Translations under genes and position numbers: made by a program
Virus record (IMG/VR): IMGVR_UViG_3300027776_000009
Length of the DNA: 64,000 bases
Origin: a virus
Lineage: Duplodnaviria; Caudoviricetes
Direction: 5' to 3' (one strand)
Shown here: positions 18,704 through 29,019 of the stretch, in pieces
How the letters are laid out: every line of letters starts with the position of its first letter
Numbering within the stretch: position 1 is the stretch's first letter
The notes under the pieces: model-generated
The model's input: only the letters and a program-made list of their open reading frames with translations
What the model was told of the DNA's origin: nothing
The model's database searches: none

Positions 18704-21418
18704 TTATCCCCCAATATCGACAAAATAAGACAAGTCTGTTTGCTGGTTCAGATACAGACGAATAACCGCTTCAACAAAAGCGTATTGCTTGCTGGTCAGC
18801 GTAACGATGTCCGAATACGGATGTGGGTAAACCACTTGATACGCAAAGTCAAACCCCTGAACACAGGGATCAAAGTCCAGCAAATCCTTGTACGGAGTCA
18901 CCCATCCCTCGATGTCACCATCGGTGTACGGAGTATCGAACAAGGTAGCATTGATAGCTCCCGAAAGTACTGCGTGAATAATTGCACTACAGAAGGGACT
19001 AAAGGCTTCCCAACGTTCAGTGACAATGTGCGGATGCAGAGGGGGGACTTCGGGAAGCCGTGTGTTCAGATACGTCATCACCCGTGCATCTAAATCCAGC
19101 GAGTCTTCCCGATAAGGAACCAAAGTTTTATCCGTAAAGTTCTCTACCGGGATCAGGTAGTCCGATACCATGTACGGTCGGCCATCCGTTTGTAATAACC
19201 CTCCCGGTGCTTCGGAGAAACGGACCACGTCACGATCTTTGATTTCGCCGGCGACGCTAACTCGGAATGCACGATCGTTGCGGATATCATACCGTGCGTT
19301 AACCGAGGCAATGCCTTGTTTGATATACCCCACGTCACGAGGTTCGTAAGGCTGACACGTTTGAGGATTAGCAGGTCCATACGCACGAATCACAATGTCT
19401 GAATCATCACCAAGTCCGGCACTTCGCCGATAGATGACAACTCTGGGCCACCGCAGGTAGTAATCCACATTCGGAATTAGCAAGAAGCCATCTAGGTAGA
19501 CATCGACAGCACCTGCGGGAATCGATAGCGGGCGGGTAACAGGACCCCCCATCCACACAGTGTCACCTTCCAAGACAATGTCAATCACGCCATCTGTGGA
19601 CAGAGTGTTTGCGGTTGCAGTATGGACATAGTGGGTCTTCAGGATCTTCACCGCTGGATACATATTGGCGAATGACAACAGGTAGTTGTTCCAGTCTATC
19701 TTGGGTAGGTACCCATTCCCAGCGTCACCCTCGGGGGCGTATGTATAGAACGCAGTATCCGTGACGTCTTCCCAGATTTCTGACGGGACACCTCCCACGA
19801 TAGGGCAAGCGTAGCATCGAAACCCGTACTGAGCGAGTTCCTTAGATGAAACGTCGCTATCAAAGACAACACCGTCATCTGTTCCGCTGATGACCGCGTT
19901 AAAGCATTCCACCAAATCCGCATCGCTGTACAGAGCTGGGAGCTGAACTTCGTCCACCAGCCCGCTGTCTTGAGAGTACCCCACCAGCTTACCTTCTTGG
20001 TAATAGTAGAAGCCCCTAACTCCCATCCCGGTTGCTTTATCCGATATGTTGAGAATGTTCGGGATATTGATGAAGACACGCGGCCCGTCCATATACGTTT
20101 GACAGAGGGGGTCGGCTACTGCTTTCACAGCAGCATTGTACCCATATGCACCCTCCGTCAGGCCGCGCGTGATATTAGCAACCGACGAGCGCATCAGTCG
20201 ATTATAATCCGAGGCCTCAAGCTGTGCCGCCTGCCACTCTGGCACCTGCGTATTCGTGAGACTCATCGCTTCTTTGATTTGGGACAGCGAAAGCTTGTAC
20301 AGTTCATCGACTCGTGATGCCTGAGGATACAATCCTCGCACCATCCCCCCTTCCCGAACAACGACCATTATTTCTACATCGCCGGTCAGTAGGTCGGAGT
20401 GGGCATCGATCAATGTCTGTATCTGAGCAACGTGCACCGAGTAGGCCGTATGGGTCAACTGCCTGACCGATGAAACGGTTTTCCGTGGAAAGTAAACCCC
20501 CTTGAACTCACTTCCCGTTCCGGGTTTTACTAAAAACAGGTCCGCATCATCGTGAAAGTCAATCATGGTGTACGGAGGCGGTAAAACCACGGCACACTTT
20601 TGGACCGTGTGATCCAGTATGCTGGTGAAGACCAAGAGCGACGATAAAGGGGTTCGAACAATCCTTTTAATTGTTGCATCATACACCATGGTGAGTGTTT
20701 TACCTTGCCAGACGGTTGACCAACCAATCGGATCAGAACAGACGTACCCGTCGGTGTAGAACACACCTGCTCCTTGACCATTATACCGAGTTATGATCAC
20801 ACTCTTTTCGTAAGTGAAATCGACAAAATCGGCTTCACTCCCGATATAGCGGGACAGGATTGCGATGGCTGAGGTTGGTAGGGGAGATAGTCTTTCCCAC
20901 TCCAGAGTATCCACTCGTGCGTTGCTGTAAAACCGGATGGTCAGAGCAACATTGTTAAGTGATACGGGGCGAGTATTTACTCCCCCGATGGATTCGTCGT
21001 AGTAAGACTCTGTCCCCAAGTTATAGCCAGCGCGCATTTTGACAGCCACAATCAGATTTTTATCCCGATTCCGGCGGATGTAAATATCGCTAGGCGCCAG
21101 CTTACATCCGTTCTGCACAACCCCCTCAGCAATCATCTCCGTTGAGATCGAAAGAGTAGCGAAGTCTACCCATGTCTCGTAGTCAAGTTCAAACTTGAAG
21201 ATCTCCGGCGGCAATTGTCCAATCTGATAGACGTGGAACAATGCCGAAACCCCCGGCGTATCGAAATCTGGGAGAGGAATAGCTTCACCCAGCACTCTTG
21301 CGTATCGCAGCACGCCGCTGCCCGCGGTGATTCGCGCCGGAGAAAACGTGTACTGATAATCTTGAATCGGCTCACACCAGAGATTAACCAGTGCGTGATT
21401 CCGCAGATAGTCTGCCAT
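18704..21418 (-). CDS. Virion structural protein (phiKZ gp27-like)
   Basis: 904 aa, DYLRNHALVNLWCEPIQD start, synteny. Confidence 0.75.
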   Translation of the reverse strand: MADYLRNHALVNLWCEPIQDYQYTFSPARITAGSGVLRYARVLGEAIPLPDFDTPGVSALFHVYQIGQLPPEIFKFELDYETWVDFATLSISTEMIAEGVVQNGCKLAPSDIYIRRNRDKNLIVAVKMRAGYNLGTESYYDESIGGVNTRPVSLNNVALTIRFYSNARVDTLEWERLSPLPTSAIAILSRYIGSEADFVDFTYEKSVIITRYNGQGAGVFYTDGYVCSDPIGWSTVWQGKTLTMVYDATIKRIVRTPLSSLLVFTSILDHTVQKCAVVLPPPYTMIDFHDDADLFLVKPGTGSEFKGVYFPRKTVSSVRQLTHTAYSVHVAQIQTLIDAHSDLLTGDVEIMVVVREGGMVRGLYPQASRVDELYKLSLSQIKEAMSLTNTQVPEWQAAQLEASDYNRLMRSSVANITRGLTEGAYGYNAAVKAVADPLCQTYMDGPRVFINIPNILNISDKATGMGVRGFYYYQEGKLVGYSQDSGLVDEVQLPALYSDADLVECFNAVISGTDDGVVFDSDVSSKELAQYGFRCYACPIVGGVPSEIWEDVTDTAFYTYAPEGDAGNGYLPKIDWNNYLLSFANMYPAVKILKTHYVHTATANTLSTDGVIDIVLEGDTVWMGGPVTRPLSIPAGAVDVYLDGFLLIPNVDYYLRWPRVVIYRRSAGLGDDSDIVIRAYGPANPQTCQPYEPRDVGYIKQGIASVNARYDIRNDRAFRVSVAGEIKDRDVVRFSEAPGGLLQTDGRPYMVSDYLIPVENFTDKTLVPYREDSLDLDARVMTYLNTRLPEVPPLHPHIVTERWEAFSPFCSAIIHAVLSGAINATLFDTPYTDGDIEGWVTPYKDLLDFDPCVQGFDFAYQVVYPHPYSDIVTLTSKQYAFVEAVIRLYLNQQTDLSYFVDIGG

Positions 21419-21437
21419 ACCCCCCCCCTACATGTGG

Positions 21438-22415
21438 TTACCAGCTACCTGTAGCCAGATCATACAACCGAGTGGTAAAGTGTTTAGATTCATCACCCTG
21501 ACTACGCATCAGCTGTTGAGCAATATCGCCAATGCCCGTTTTGTTCACACCGCGTTCCTTGGTGGCCAGCAGCACCAGCGTCATCCACGTCGGCAAATGT
21601 TCCATAGCCACCCGCACAACTTCACCCGGAATCCCTCTCAGCCAACTGCCTTCAATAGCCGCATACAACACAGGGAGATTAAAGCGGTCTGCTTCAAAAC
21701 GCAAGCTTTGCGTGTGGTTTACCAACAGATTTACCAGATCTTCCGTATTGTTGGCGCGCGGCAAATCCCCAATCACTGATACGATATCATTCACTGAGAA
21801 ATTGCCGGCGCGACTGATCAAGGTCGATGCGCGCAACAGGTCGCGTTCTGACAACGGATCGCTTGACATGATTTGAGTGTCAAGCGCCATGCAGAAATAA
21901 AAGTACCCTACCAAAATCGCGACTCGCATCTGGACTTCGGGCGGTAAGGCCAAACGGCGCGTCAGCGCTTGACTGATCCAGCGCATGTAAATAGTCATAG
22001 GCCAGATACCCAGACCTAAGATGTCCGACCCCGGGGTGTCGGAGCGCAGCGATTTGTGAATCAGGATAGCACGCCAAGCCCACATTTGGTGCTCGATACT
22101 CCCGCCAATTCGGTACCCCATTCCTTCACCCAGCGGGGTCGTGCACGCCCGCAAGTCCAGATAAATCCCATCCGCCTCCGGATACCCCGGGCGATCGCGG
22201 GACGGACGCATCACCACAATGGGGTGCGCAAAAGGTTTAATACCAGAATCTCCATGTACCAAACCGTAAACTCCCGGCATGGGTTTTCCATCCACCGGGC
22301 TATTCACTGGGAATATCTGATCCTGAGAGGTTAGACGGGTTTCCCGCAGCGCCTTCACCGTGGGCTGAATGACATAATGCAAACACGGAATAGTATCGAA
22401 GGGGTTGATGATCAT
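21438..22415 (-). CDS. Virion-associated protein (phiKZ gp28-like)
   Basis: Divergent from the sheath gene; PFAHPI and VAMEHLPTW motifs; synteny. Confidence 0.7.
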   Translation of the reverse strand: MIINPFDTIPCLHYVIQPTVKALRETRLTSQDQIFPVNSPVDGKPMPGVYGLVHGDSGIKPFAHPIVVMRPSRDRPGYPEADGIYLDLRACTTPLGEGMGYRIGGSIEHQMWAWRAILIHKSLRSDTPGSDILGLGIWPMTIYMRWISQALTRRLALPPEVQMRVAILVGYFYFCMALDTQIMSSDPLSERDLLRASTLISRAGNFSVNDIVSVIGDLPRANNTEDLVNLLVNHTQSLRFEADRFNLPVLYAAIEGSWLRGIPGEVVRVAMEHLPTWMTLVLLATKERGVNKTGIGDIAQQLMRSQGDESKHFTTRLYDLATGSW

Positions 22416-22526
22416 AACTGCACACTCTCTGTTTGTCCGCATGAATGGCGGTAGAAGTTAACATTATGATGTGTGTCCACCCACACATCGTACATAGAAT
22501 CCGCAACGCTATGGAGACATGCTCCC

Positions 22527-24911
22527 ATGAGTGATAATCTCAAGGCTACACCGCGGGCAATTCTGAGAGGTATCCGAGATACCACTCGCGCCCAAGTTAC
22601 ACCTGTTCCCGAACTGTTGCCGCAGCACCTGCCCCTTGTGTTTCACTTCATGGAGCGGGGCGATGCAACCACCCCTCATATTGCCATCAGCGACGAGTTT
22701 AACCAACTCTTCGGTAGCAAGTCGGTTGACCTGCAAGGCAAATACGCCAACCATGCGACGGTTCTTGCCAACCTGCAAACCAGTACCGGCAACCTGATCA
22801 TGTGGAAGCGCCTGAAGCCCGATGCCGCCAAGACCGCTATGCTGCGGATCTCGGTGGAAGTCATTCCCGCACTGGTTCCCGTTTGGGAACGTGAGCTCGG
22901 TACCGGGGCTTACAAGTACAACGCGCTGGGGCAACGTATCCAGGCAACCCACCTGGTCGACTCGACTCCCACCTATGTGGTCGGCCAGCGGCTGATCTGG
23001 CGCACGGATCTGACCCCGTATGCCACGAATGCGCTGAAAGCATTTGGTGGCGGGGCAACCATCAGTGACGTACGCGACGGCGCCACCACGTTGGATGAAA
23101 CCAACGCTCCGCTGTCCACACTGTTTACCAATCCTGCCTCGGGTGACGGTGTGGCAGTTAAGTCCAAAGTCTATCCTTGGATGGATTTGGAAGTTTCAAC
23201 CTTCGGTGATTACGGCAACAACGTCGGGGTTCGCCTGTGGGCTCCGAACGCAGCGGATCTGCTGCCGGGAAATCCGACACTGATGAATCAGATTCAATCC
23301 TACCTGTACCGGATTGCACTGATTGAACGACCGGACGCCGTATCGTCTTCTGTGGTGCAGGAAACTCTTGCAGGTGACCAATACCTCGATCTGTCGTTCT
23401 TGGACGGCATCGTGCACCCCGTGACCGCGCAGGATCTGTCTGTGGACAGCGCCATCATTGATCGCTACGAATCCAAGAACCTGTCGGGCTTCAACCCGGT
23501 CTACGGTCCCTTTGGTCGCGTTCATGTCTATCGTTCTCAGATTGCTGCCGTATTGCAACTGTTGGCGGATGGCGGCGAAATGGTTCGCAAAACCGCGAAC
23601 GGGACGGGTACACCGACGATCGGCGAAGGGGCTTACGACGAATCTTATATCCCGTTGCAAATCACTCCGACGGCTACCTTCAGCCCGCGCGGCGATAACT
23701 GGCGCTTTGCGACGACCACCAACGCTCCGATTCCGGAACATCGTCCTCTGCTGAATCCCTTCACGGGTAAGGATCAGTACGGAGTTCCCTATTACACCTT
23801 CGACGTGGAAGCTTCCACCAACTTTGGTGGCGCACTGATTGGTCCGAATACAGATCTCTTCGCAGTGGGTGGTGACGATGGTCTGCCATTGGATTCCCAT
23901 GGGAAGCCCGATAAGCTGAACATCCTGAAGCTGTATGACCAGTTGGTCGCGGCTGAACTCACCAACTTTGGCAACGTGGCAGCCACAGGCTGGGCGGGTA
24001 AGGATATGCTGAAGTATCCCTTCCGCTGTATCCATGATACTGGATTCTCGCTGTCTACCAAGATGAAGATGCTCATTCCGGTTTCACGCCGGAAGGATGT
24101 GGGCATTTTCTGGACCCCGCAATCCATCGCTGAATGGTCTGACGCACAGCATCCGTCGGCTGGCGGGAATGTCTGGAGTTATCGTCCGCTGAACACCGCG
24201 GCAGAGGACAACGCAATTGCCAGCATCCTGCGTCAGACGGCACAAGCTTATCCGGAATCGGAAATCTACGGTACTCCGTGTGTCCGCGCGGTATTCTGGG
24301 GTCGAGCAGGCTATCTGAATAACTCGTTGTACACAGGACTGCTCCCGCTGTCCGTCGAACGGGGTTACAAGATGGCGGCCTATATGGGTGCTGCGGATGG
24401 TCGCTGGGCATCAGGTCAGCGGTTCGATGAAAACCCTGGCAACATTGTGTCGCTCTTCCGCGATATCAATGTGGTTTACAGTGACGACGATCAAGCCGAC
24501 AGCGACTGGGAACAGGGGTTGAACTGGGTGCAATCGTTTGATACTCGGCAGGTCTTCTGGCCGTCGTCACAGACCGTCTATCCGGACGATACGTCGGTGC
24601 TGAACAGCGCTCTGATGATGCTGGCTTGCTGTGAAGTGGAGCTGGTGTGCCAGCGCGTCTGGGCTCGTCTGACGGGTAACAGCAGCCTGACGGAAGACCA
24701 GTTCATTGAACGCAGTAATACCCTGATCTCGGAAGCACTGGCTGGTCGTTTTGACAACAACTTTGTCTTCGAGCCGGAAACCTATTTCACCTCGACGGAT
24801 CGTCAGCTCGGCTGGCGCTGGTCCACCAAGGTGAAGATCTATGGCAACACCATGAAGACGGTGGGTGTCATGACGGTCGAATCCCATAACCTGTCGGAGC
24901 TGACGGCGTAA
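22527..24911 (+). CDS. Contractile tail sheath protein (phiKZ gp29-like)
   Basis: ATPRAILRGIRD, PQHLPL, YPESEIYGTPCVRA, YPDDTSVLNS; directly precedes the tube gene. Confidence 0.88.
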   Translation: MSDNLKATPRAILRGIRDTTRAQVTPVPELLPQHLPLVFHFMERGDATTPHIAISDEFNQLFGSKSVDLQGKYANHATVLANLQTSTGNLIMWKRLKPDAAKTAMLRISVEVIPALVPVWERELGTGAYKYNALGQRIQATHLVDSTPTYVVGQRLIWRTDLTPYATNALKAFGGGATISDVRDGATTLDETNAPLSTLFTNPASGDGVAVKSKVYPWMDLEVSTFGDYGNNVGVRLWAPNAADLLPGNPTLMNQIQSYLYRIALIERPDAVSSSVVQETLAGDQYLDLSFLDGIVHPVTAQDLSVDSAIIDRYESKNLSGFNPVYGPFGRVHVYRSQIAAVLQLLADGGEMVRKTANGTGTPTIGEGAYDESYIPLQITPTATFSPRGDNWRFATTTNAPIPEHRPLLNPFTGKDQYGVPYYTFDVEASTNFGGALIGPNTDLFAVGGDDGLPLDSHGKPDKLNILKLYDQLVAAELTNFGNVAATGWAGKDMLKYPFRCIHDTGFSLSTKMKMLIPVSRRKDVGIFWTPQSIAEWSDAQHPSAGGNVWSYRPLNTAAEDNAIASILRQTAQAYPESEIYGTPCVRAVFWGRAGYLNNSLYTGLLPLSVERGYKMAAYMGAADGRWASGQRFDENPGNIVSLFRDINVVYSDDDQADSDWEQGLNWVQSFDTRQVFWPSSQTVYPDDTSVLNSALMMLACCEVELVCQRVWARLTGNSSLTEDQFIERSNTLISEALAGRFDNNFVFEPETYFTSTDRQLGWRWSTKVKIYGNTMKTVGVMTVESHNLSELTA

Positions 24912-24940
24912 GCCGTTAGTTCCTCCTTCTGGAGAACGCT

Positions 24941-25810
24941 ATGAGCAGAATCGCTGGAACGATTCTTGGTCAAGAGGCCTACGGCATTGGTCGTGGAACC
25001 CCGATGGTCGACATTCAGCAGGGTGGTCAGTTCGGTTTTCAACCCGAGTTTACCCAGATGGCTTCGAACACGCTGTACGTTCGTCGTAATCTGGTGGCTC
25101 GACTGATCAGTGCCCCTGCTGCCTTCAAGTATCTCCCCAATGCTGACAAACTGAACGCTACGTTGAAAGCACTGGTGGAAATGTGGCCGCAAACCATTGA
25201 AGGGCTGAAGTCTACACTCACCACGGATTACGAAGACACCCCCTTCGGTCCGGCGGGTGAAATGATTCAAGCCTGGAAGAGCACTCGTCGTGCTCGGTCC
25301 GAACCTCAGTTCACCTACGGGGCAGAACTGCTGGGTCGACCGATGACGACCTTCTTCAACTACTGGGTGGAATGGCTGCTGGGTAGCGCCGATACGCAAA
25401 CCCCGCTGATCTCTACCTTGGCGGATAAACCGCTTCAACTGCTTCAGTCCGATGTATCGATGGTGGTTCTGTTCTTTGAACCGAACGCCACGTTCACCAG
25501 CATCGACAAGGCCTGGTTGTCGGGTAACATGGCTCCCATGGGTGAGTTGCCTCCGATTGAAGGAAAGAAAGATCCGACTGCCGAAGGTGAGAAGATCCAG
25601 ATCCAACTCAACTGGACGGCAACAACCATGGTGGGTCAAGGCGTGAACCAATTGGCTCAGAAGTTCTTGAGTCAGATGAGTCTGACGGGTGCTAACCCGA
25701 ACATGCGTCAAGCGTTCATGCAGGATATCTCGGCTGATGTCAAGGCTGCGGATTCCGGCATCGCGGAAGAAATCGCGAATGCTGCGCGCACTGTGGTGCA
25801 ACCGACCTAA
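24941..25810 (+). CDS. Tail tube protein (phiKZ gp30-like)
   Basis: 289 aa after the sheath; YVRRNL, RARSEPQF, VLFFEPN, KAWLSGNMAP. Confidence 0.85.
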   Translation: MSRIAGTILGQEAYGIGRGTPMVDIQQGGQFGFQPEFTQMASNTLYVRRNLVARLISAPAAFKYLPNADKLNATLKALVEMWPQTIEGLKSTLTTDYEDTPFGPAGEMIQAWKSTRRARSEPQFTYGAELLGRPMTTFFNYWVEWLLGSADTQTPLISTLADKPLQLLQSDVSMVVLFFEPNATFTSIDKAWLSGNMAPMGELPPIEGKKDPTAEGEKIQIQLNWTATTMVGQGVNQLAQKFLSQMSLTGANPNMRQAFMQDISADVKAADSGIAEEIANAARTVVQPT

Positions 25811-25817
25811 CGGTCAA

Positions 25818-25890
25818 CATAGAGGCTGGGCAGTTGCCCAGCCTCTATGCCGTATACCAAAAAAAAAAGAGTGGGACCCGAAGGTCCCGG
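25818..25890. terminator. Two hairpins between convergent units
   Basis: CATAGAGGCTGGGCA/TGCCCAGCCTCTATG(CCG); GGGACC-CGAA-GGTCCC preceded by an A-run (U-tract on - strand). Confidence 0.8.
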
Positions 25891-25893
25891 ATG

Positions 25894-26232
25894 TTACTCC
25901 TCATCCAGCCGGGCAAACAGCCGGCTGGATTTCGCGTCAATCCCGCCAAGGTACAGAAGCCCACAGGCTTCCTCCGGCTGGATACGCTCAATCAATCCAT
26001 TAAGATGACAGGCGGGGAAAACGCCTTTGGTGAAGTAAACACCGTTGAGCGGAATGTCGATGTCACCGTGAGCGATCTCAGCGGGGTGTCGCGTGACCAC
26101 CACGTCGCCGTCCTCCAGACGGATCGCATGGCCGAGGACCTTACCATTGCGGATAGCAACGGAGTCTAGGTCAGTGAAGCAGATAGGCTGATACCGCCCA
26201 TCGCGAGTATTGCCAGCATGGATAATTGCCAT
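25894..26232 (-). CDS. Hypothetical protein (presumptive early gene, monocistronic)
   Basis: Own promoter motif (26292), hairpin SD and terminator. Confidence 0.75.
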   Translation of the reverse strand: MAIIHAGNTRDGRYQPICFTDLDSVAIRNGKVLGHAIRLEDGDVVVTRHPAEIAHGDIDIPLNGVYFTKGVFPACHLNGLIERIQPEEACGLLYLGGIDAKSSRLFARLDEE

Positions 26233-26291
26233 TTTCTTTGCCCTCCTTCGGGCGTGGTTAGTGTGAGAGATATTCTCACTTCTCTACCTAA

Positions 26292-26305
26292 GTGATATGT
26301 ATCTG
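26292..26305 (-). promoter_or_regulatory. Putative early promoter CAGATACATATCAC
   Basis: Repeated motif preceded by a T-run on the - strand. Confidence 0.7.
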
Positions 26306-26366
26306 AAAAAAACTGCATTTAGAGACAAAAAAGAAAAGGGATTGCTCCCTTTCCTTACTACGTTGC

Positions 26367-26870
26367 TCAGTGAGCAACTGGGGCTTGGCGATTCAGCAGA
26401 TGTTCTTCCGCAAACTTACCCGCGATCTCTTTGACAGTATCTGTTGTCAAGTTCTGCGCACCAAAGGCAACCCAGAGTACGTGAGTAGTTTCATCTTCAA
26501 CGGTGTATGCCGCGAACGTCCAGAAGTGATCAGGAACCGGCGAAGTCGTCAGTCGCTGACCCGTAACACCGGGCTTAGACTGTGCGTGAAGCGGAACCAT
26601 CAGCTTGTCCAATTCGGCGTTTATTTCATGGTCCGGCATGTCGAAGATGTGGTCAAAATGCTCACCCAAGAACTGCGCGCCTTCGTCAAACAATTCATCC
26701 ATGAAAGCCGGATCATCAATCCAGAGTTTCGCAACAGCCACAACACCAGGATCCTGATCGTGGTCTGAGTATTTAAACTCAATACACACATCACTTTCGG
26801 TGTCACCACCACCGTTATTAAAGGTTATCCCTTTTTCTTCAAACAAATCATACAAAGTAACGTCAGACAT
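26367..26870 (-). CDS. Strongly acidic hypothetical protein
   Basis: Start ATG 26870 (GGAG SD); about 32 D/E versus 9 K/R in 167 aa (manual count). Confidence 0.7.
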   Translation of the reverse strand: MSDVTLYDLFEEKGITFNNGGGDTESDVCIEFKYSDHDQDPGVVAVAKLWIDDPAFMDELFDEGAQFLGEHFDHIFDMPDHEINAELDKLMVPLHAQSKPGVTGQRLTTSPVPDHFWTFAAYTVEDETTHVLWVAFGAQNLTTDTVKEIAGKFAEEHLLNRQAPVAH

Positions 26871-27117
26871 TTGTCTTCTCCAGAGAATCAGCATACCACT
26901 GCAAATGCATACGCTGCTCTTGTGTGGCCGTAGCATTGGGCGGTACCAGAACAATCCGGTACGCCCCACCTTCTACGGGGATTTTGAACTTTGCAGCTAA
27001 CTCCTTTTCAAACTCCAGAGCTAACCCCTTACTTGCACCGTGTTCACGACGCATACTCCCTAAGCGCGTAGTGTCTCGCACGCTTAGGGGTTTTTCTGCC
27101 GTTATAAGTGCAGTCAT
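26863..27117 (-). CDS. Small hypothetical protein
   Basis: ATGA coupling to the NTase gene; overlaps the next start. Confidence 0.6.
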   Translation of the reverse strand: MTALITAEKPLSVRDTTRLGSMRREHGASKGLALEFEKELAAKFKIPVEGGAYRIVLVPPNATATQEQRMHLQWYADSLEKTNV

Positions 27118-27569
27118 TCTGAACCACCCATCGCTGCCAAAATAGCGTCGATATCTTTCTGGTCCTTCTCACGCCCCAGTCGTTCCAACAACCGGCGCTT
27201 CTGACGCAAGCAGGCTTCGAGGGTGTAAACACGAACCCCATCGATGGACTCCAGATCTTCCCAGGTAGTACCAGCTTCTGTATGGAGATCCGTATCGAAC
27301 TCCGGTATCGGAAGAAGCATGCAGTCTTCGATGTAACCTTCCGAAACCGTTTTGCGGGATGCGGACATCTTTAAGTTATCTTCCAGCACACGCATGGTGC
27401 CGGCTGTGCAGCCAGCGTCCAAATCCATGGTAGTTTCTCGCAGTCCATGAATGATGAGAGCGCTTCCTCCCCCCAGCCAGACCTGACCGGGAGCCAGCTT
27501 GTAGGCCTCGCACATGGCCTTGTAACGATCAATGACTTCCTGACGAGTCAATGGGTGATCAGCTTGCAT
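27114..27569 (-). CDS. Minimal nucleotidyltransferase (pol-beta superfamily)
   Basis: LGGGSALIIHGLRETTMDLD (GS...DxD) and C-terminal GREKDQKD (RxKDxxD). Confidence 0.78.
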   Translation of the reverse strand: MQADHPLTRQEVIDRYKAMCEAYKLAPGQVWLGGGSALIIHGLRETTMDLDAGCTAGTMRVLEDNLKMSASRKTVSEGYIEDCMLLPIPEFDTDLHTEAGTTWEDLESIDGVRVYTLEACLRQKRRLLERLGREKDQKDIDAILAAMGGSE

Positions 27570-27589
27570 GGTGATTCTCCTGTGTGTTA

Positions 27590-28930
27590 TTACTGCGCCA
27601 GTGGTAAGTACGTATCCAACTCTCGGGTAAGAGAAGTAACACCGTTACCCACGGTTGTCACCTTGTTAGTTACCGACTTGATGGTGTTGGTGATACTGTG
27701 GCCGGAAAAGGCAGTCATCAGCAGGACATTACGATCCTTACAGACAGCTTTCAGCCGCTTGTTATCCACGTTCAACGGAAGAATGATCAAGTTAATACGA
27801 CCATTGTATTCCTTGCTAACCCGCTGCGCGGTTTCTGGAACTAAACCGACAATGACAACCTCGGGCAACGTCTTCACGTCAGGCTTCACCTTGGTAGCAA
27901 TCGGCGCTTCAGGCTTGTCATCCTTCGCCGGTTCAACAGAAACCTTAGGAGGTTCCATCTTTTCCAGCTGAAGATCTTCAAGATGCTTGATACGATTCAC
28001 AAGCGATGTGAGCACCATGTCGTATTGAGCATTTTCCTTCTTAGCTGCTTCCACAATTCCCATCATCCGCAACTCTAACCCATTTACCGAGTTACGAAAC
28101 TGTGCAACGGATTTACCAATCTCGGTAATCGTGGAGGGTTTAATCATCTCAACCAGTTTGTCCAGACGAGTTTCAAACTCCCCCATGGAATCCGTGACCA
28201 TCTTGACATCGCGAGTCAGCTCCACTACCTGTTCTTCCACAGTCAGCGGCTTTTCAGGCTCAGCAGGTTTCGGCATAGGAACCGACTTCACCGCTTCCAG
28301 AATGCGGGAATAGAGATGCACCCAAGCCGGAATACGAATCCTCGAAGCTTCTACCACCAGTGATTCTTGAAGATCAAAGTACAACTGGAACAGCACATCG
28401 TCTGACAGCGTATCGTAGTCGTAATTAACCTTCTCGGCAATGGCAACCGTAATAGCGGCATAAGGGTCAGCAGCAACATTACCCGTTTCAGAAGACTCTG
28501 TGGCTTCTTCAGGCTCATACCGGTAATCCCAAAGCAGCGTGCGAATCTTGGGAATGATCTTGAAGAAACCTTCATACTCCCGCATGACAGCTCTCAAGAT
28601 CTCCAGCCGTTGTGTGGGAGTCAACCCCGGCTTTTTGGATAGCAGTGCCTGCCACACCGGCTTCGGCAACATCGCTGATACATCAGGACCAATCCGGTAA
28701 TCGTCATAACCAACGCAGTTATATGCGATGACTAACCCGTCCGTTGTTCCCCGCGCAGTATGCCACCTGTGGAACGAACTATATTCCAGAAAGACCGGAT
28801 CGACTTTCCATCGCTCGTCTCCCTTGGTCATCGTTTCAATCTTCTTCCAGCAGGCATAGGCCGGAACAGCTTTACCCGAGAATGCCGTACGGACGGATCC
28901 GTTGTTGGTAAACACCTGTTTGTTGCTCAT
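27590..28930 (-). CDS. Multidomain protein: degenerate HNH-like N-terminus, coiled coil, DUF2325-like C-terminus
   Basis: AYACWKKI...VDPVFLEYSSFHRW...IGPDVSAMLP; C-terminal VVIVGL...VLLMTAFSGHS...GVTSLTREL. Confidence 0.55.
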   Translation of the reverse strand: MSNKQVFTNNGSVRTAFSGKAVPAYACWKKIETMTKGDERWKVDPVFLEYSSFHRWHTARGTTDGLVIAYNCVGYDDYRIGPDVSAMLPKPVWQALLSKKPGLTPTQRLEILRAVMREYEGFFKIIPKIRTLLWDYRYEPEEATESSETGNVAADPYAAITVAIAEKVNYDYDTLSDDVLFQLYFDLQESLVVEASRIRIPAWVHLYSRILEAVKSVPMPKPAEPEKPLTVEEQVVELTRDVKMVTDSMGEFETRLDKLVEMIKPSTITEIGKSVAQFRNSVNGLELRMMGIVEAAKKENAQYDMVLTSLVNRIKHLEDLQLEKMEPPKVSVEPAKDDKPEAPIATKVKPDVKTLPEVVIVGLVPETAQRVSKEYNGRINLIILPLNVDNKRLKAVCKDRNVLLMTAFSGHSITNTIKSVTNKVTTVGNGVTSLTRELDTYLPLAQ

Positions 28931-28963
28931 GAACGTTTCTCCACGTCGTTGATATTCACATCA

Positions 28964-28976
28964 GTAGTGTGTATGT
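28964..28976 (-). promoter_or_regulatory. Second promoter-like motif ACATACACACTAC
   Basis: Identical 13-mer at 33458-33470 and 54175-54187; variants at 10033-10045 and 13626-13638; all upstream of - strand genes. Confidence 0.65.
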
Positions 28977-29019
28977 AAAAAATAATGAAGGCATACGAGG
29001 AGGCCTAAGCCTCCTCGTT

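Noticed and set aside
21420-21428. Poly-C tract as a phase-variation site
   Set aside because: It is a G-rich SD directly before the 21418 start and is intergenic; no frameshift consequence
23196-25801. Long antisense ORFs (279 aa, 320 aa) and similar shadows over nrdJ, thyA and RNAP genes
   Set aside because: They lie opposite well-supported genes and lack motifs or SDs; explained by codon bias
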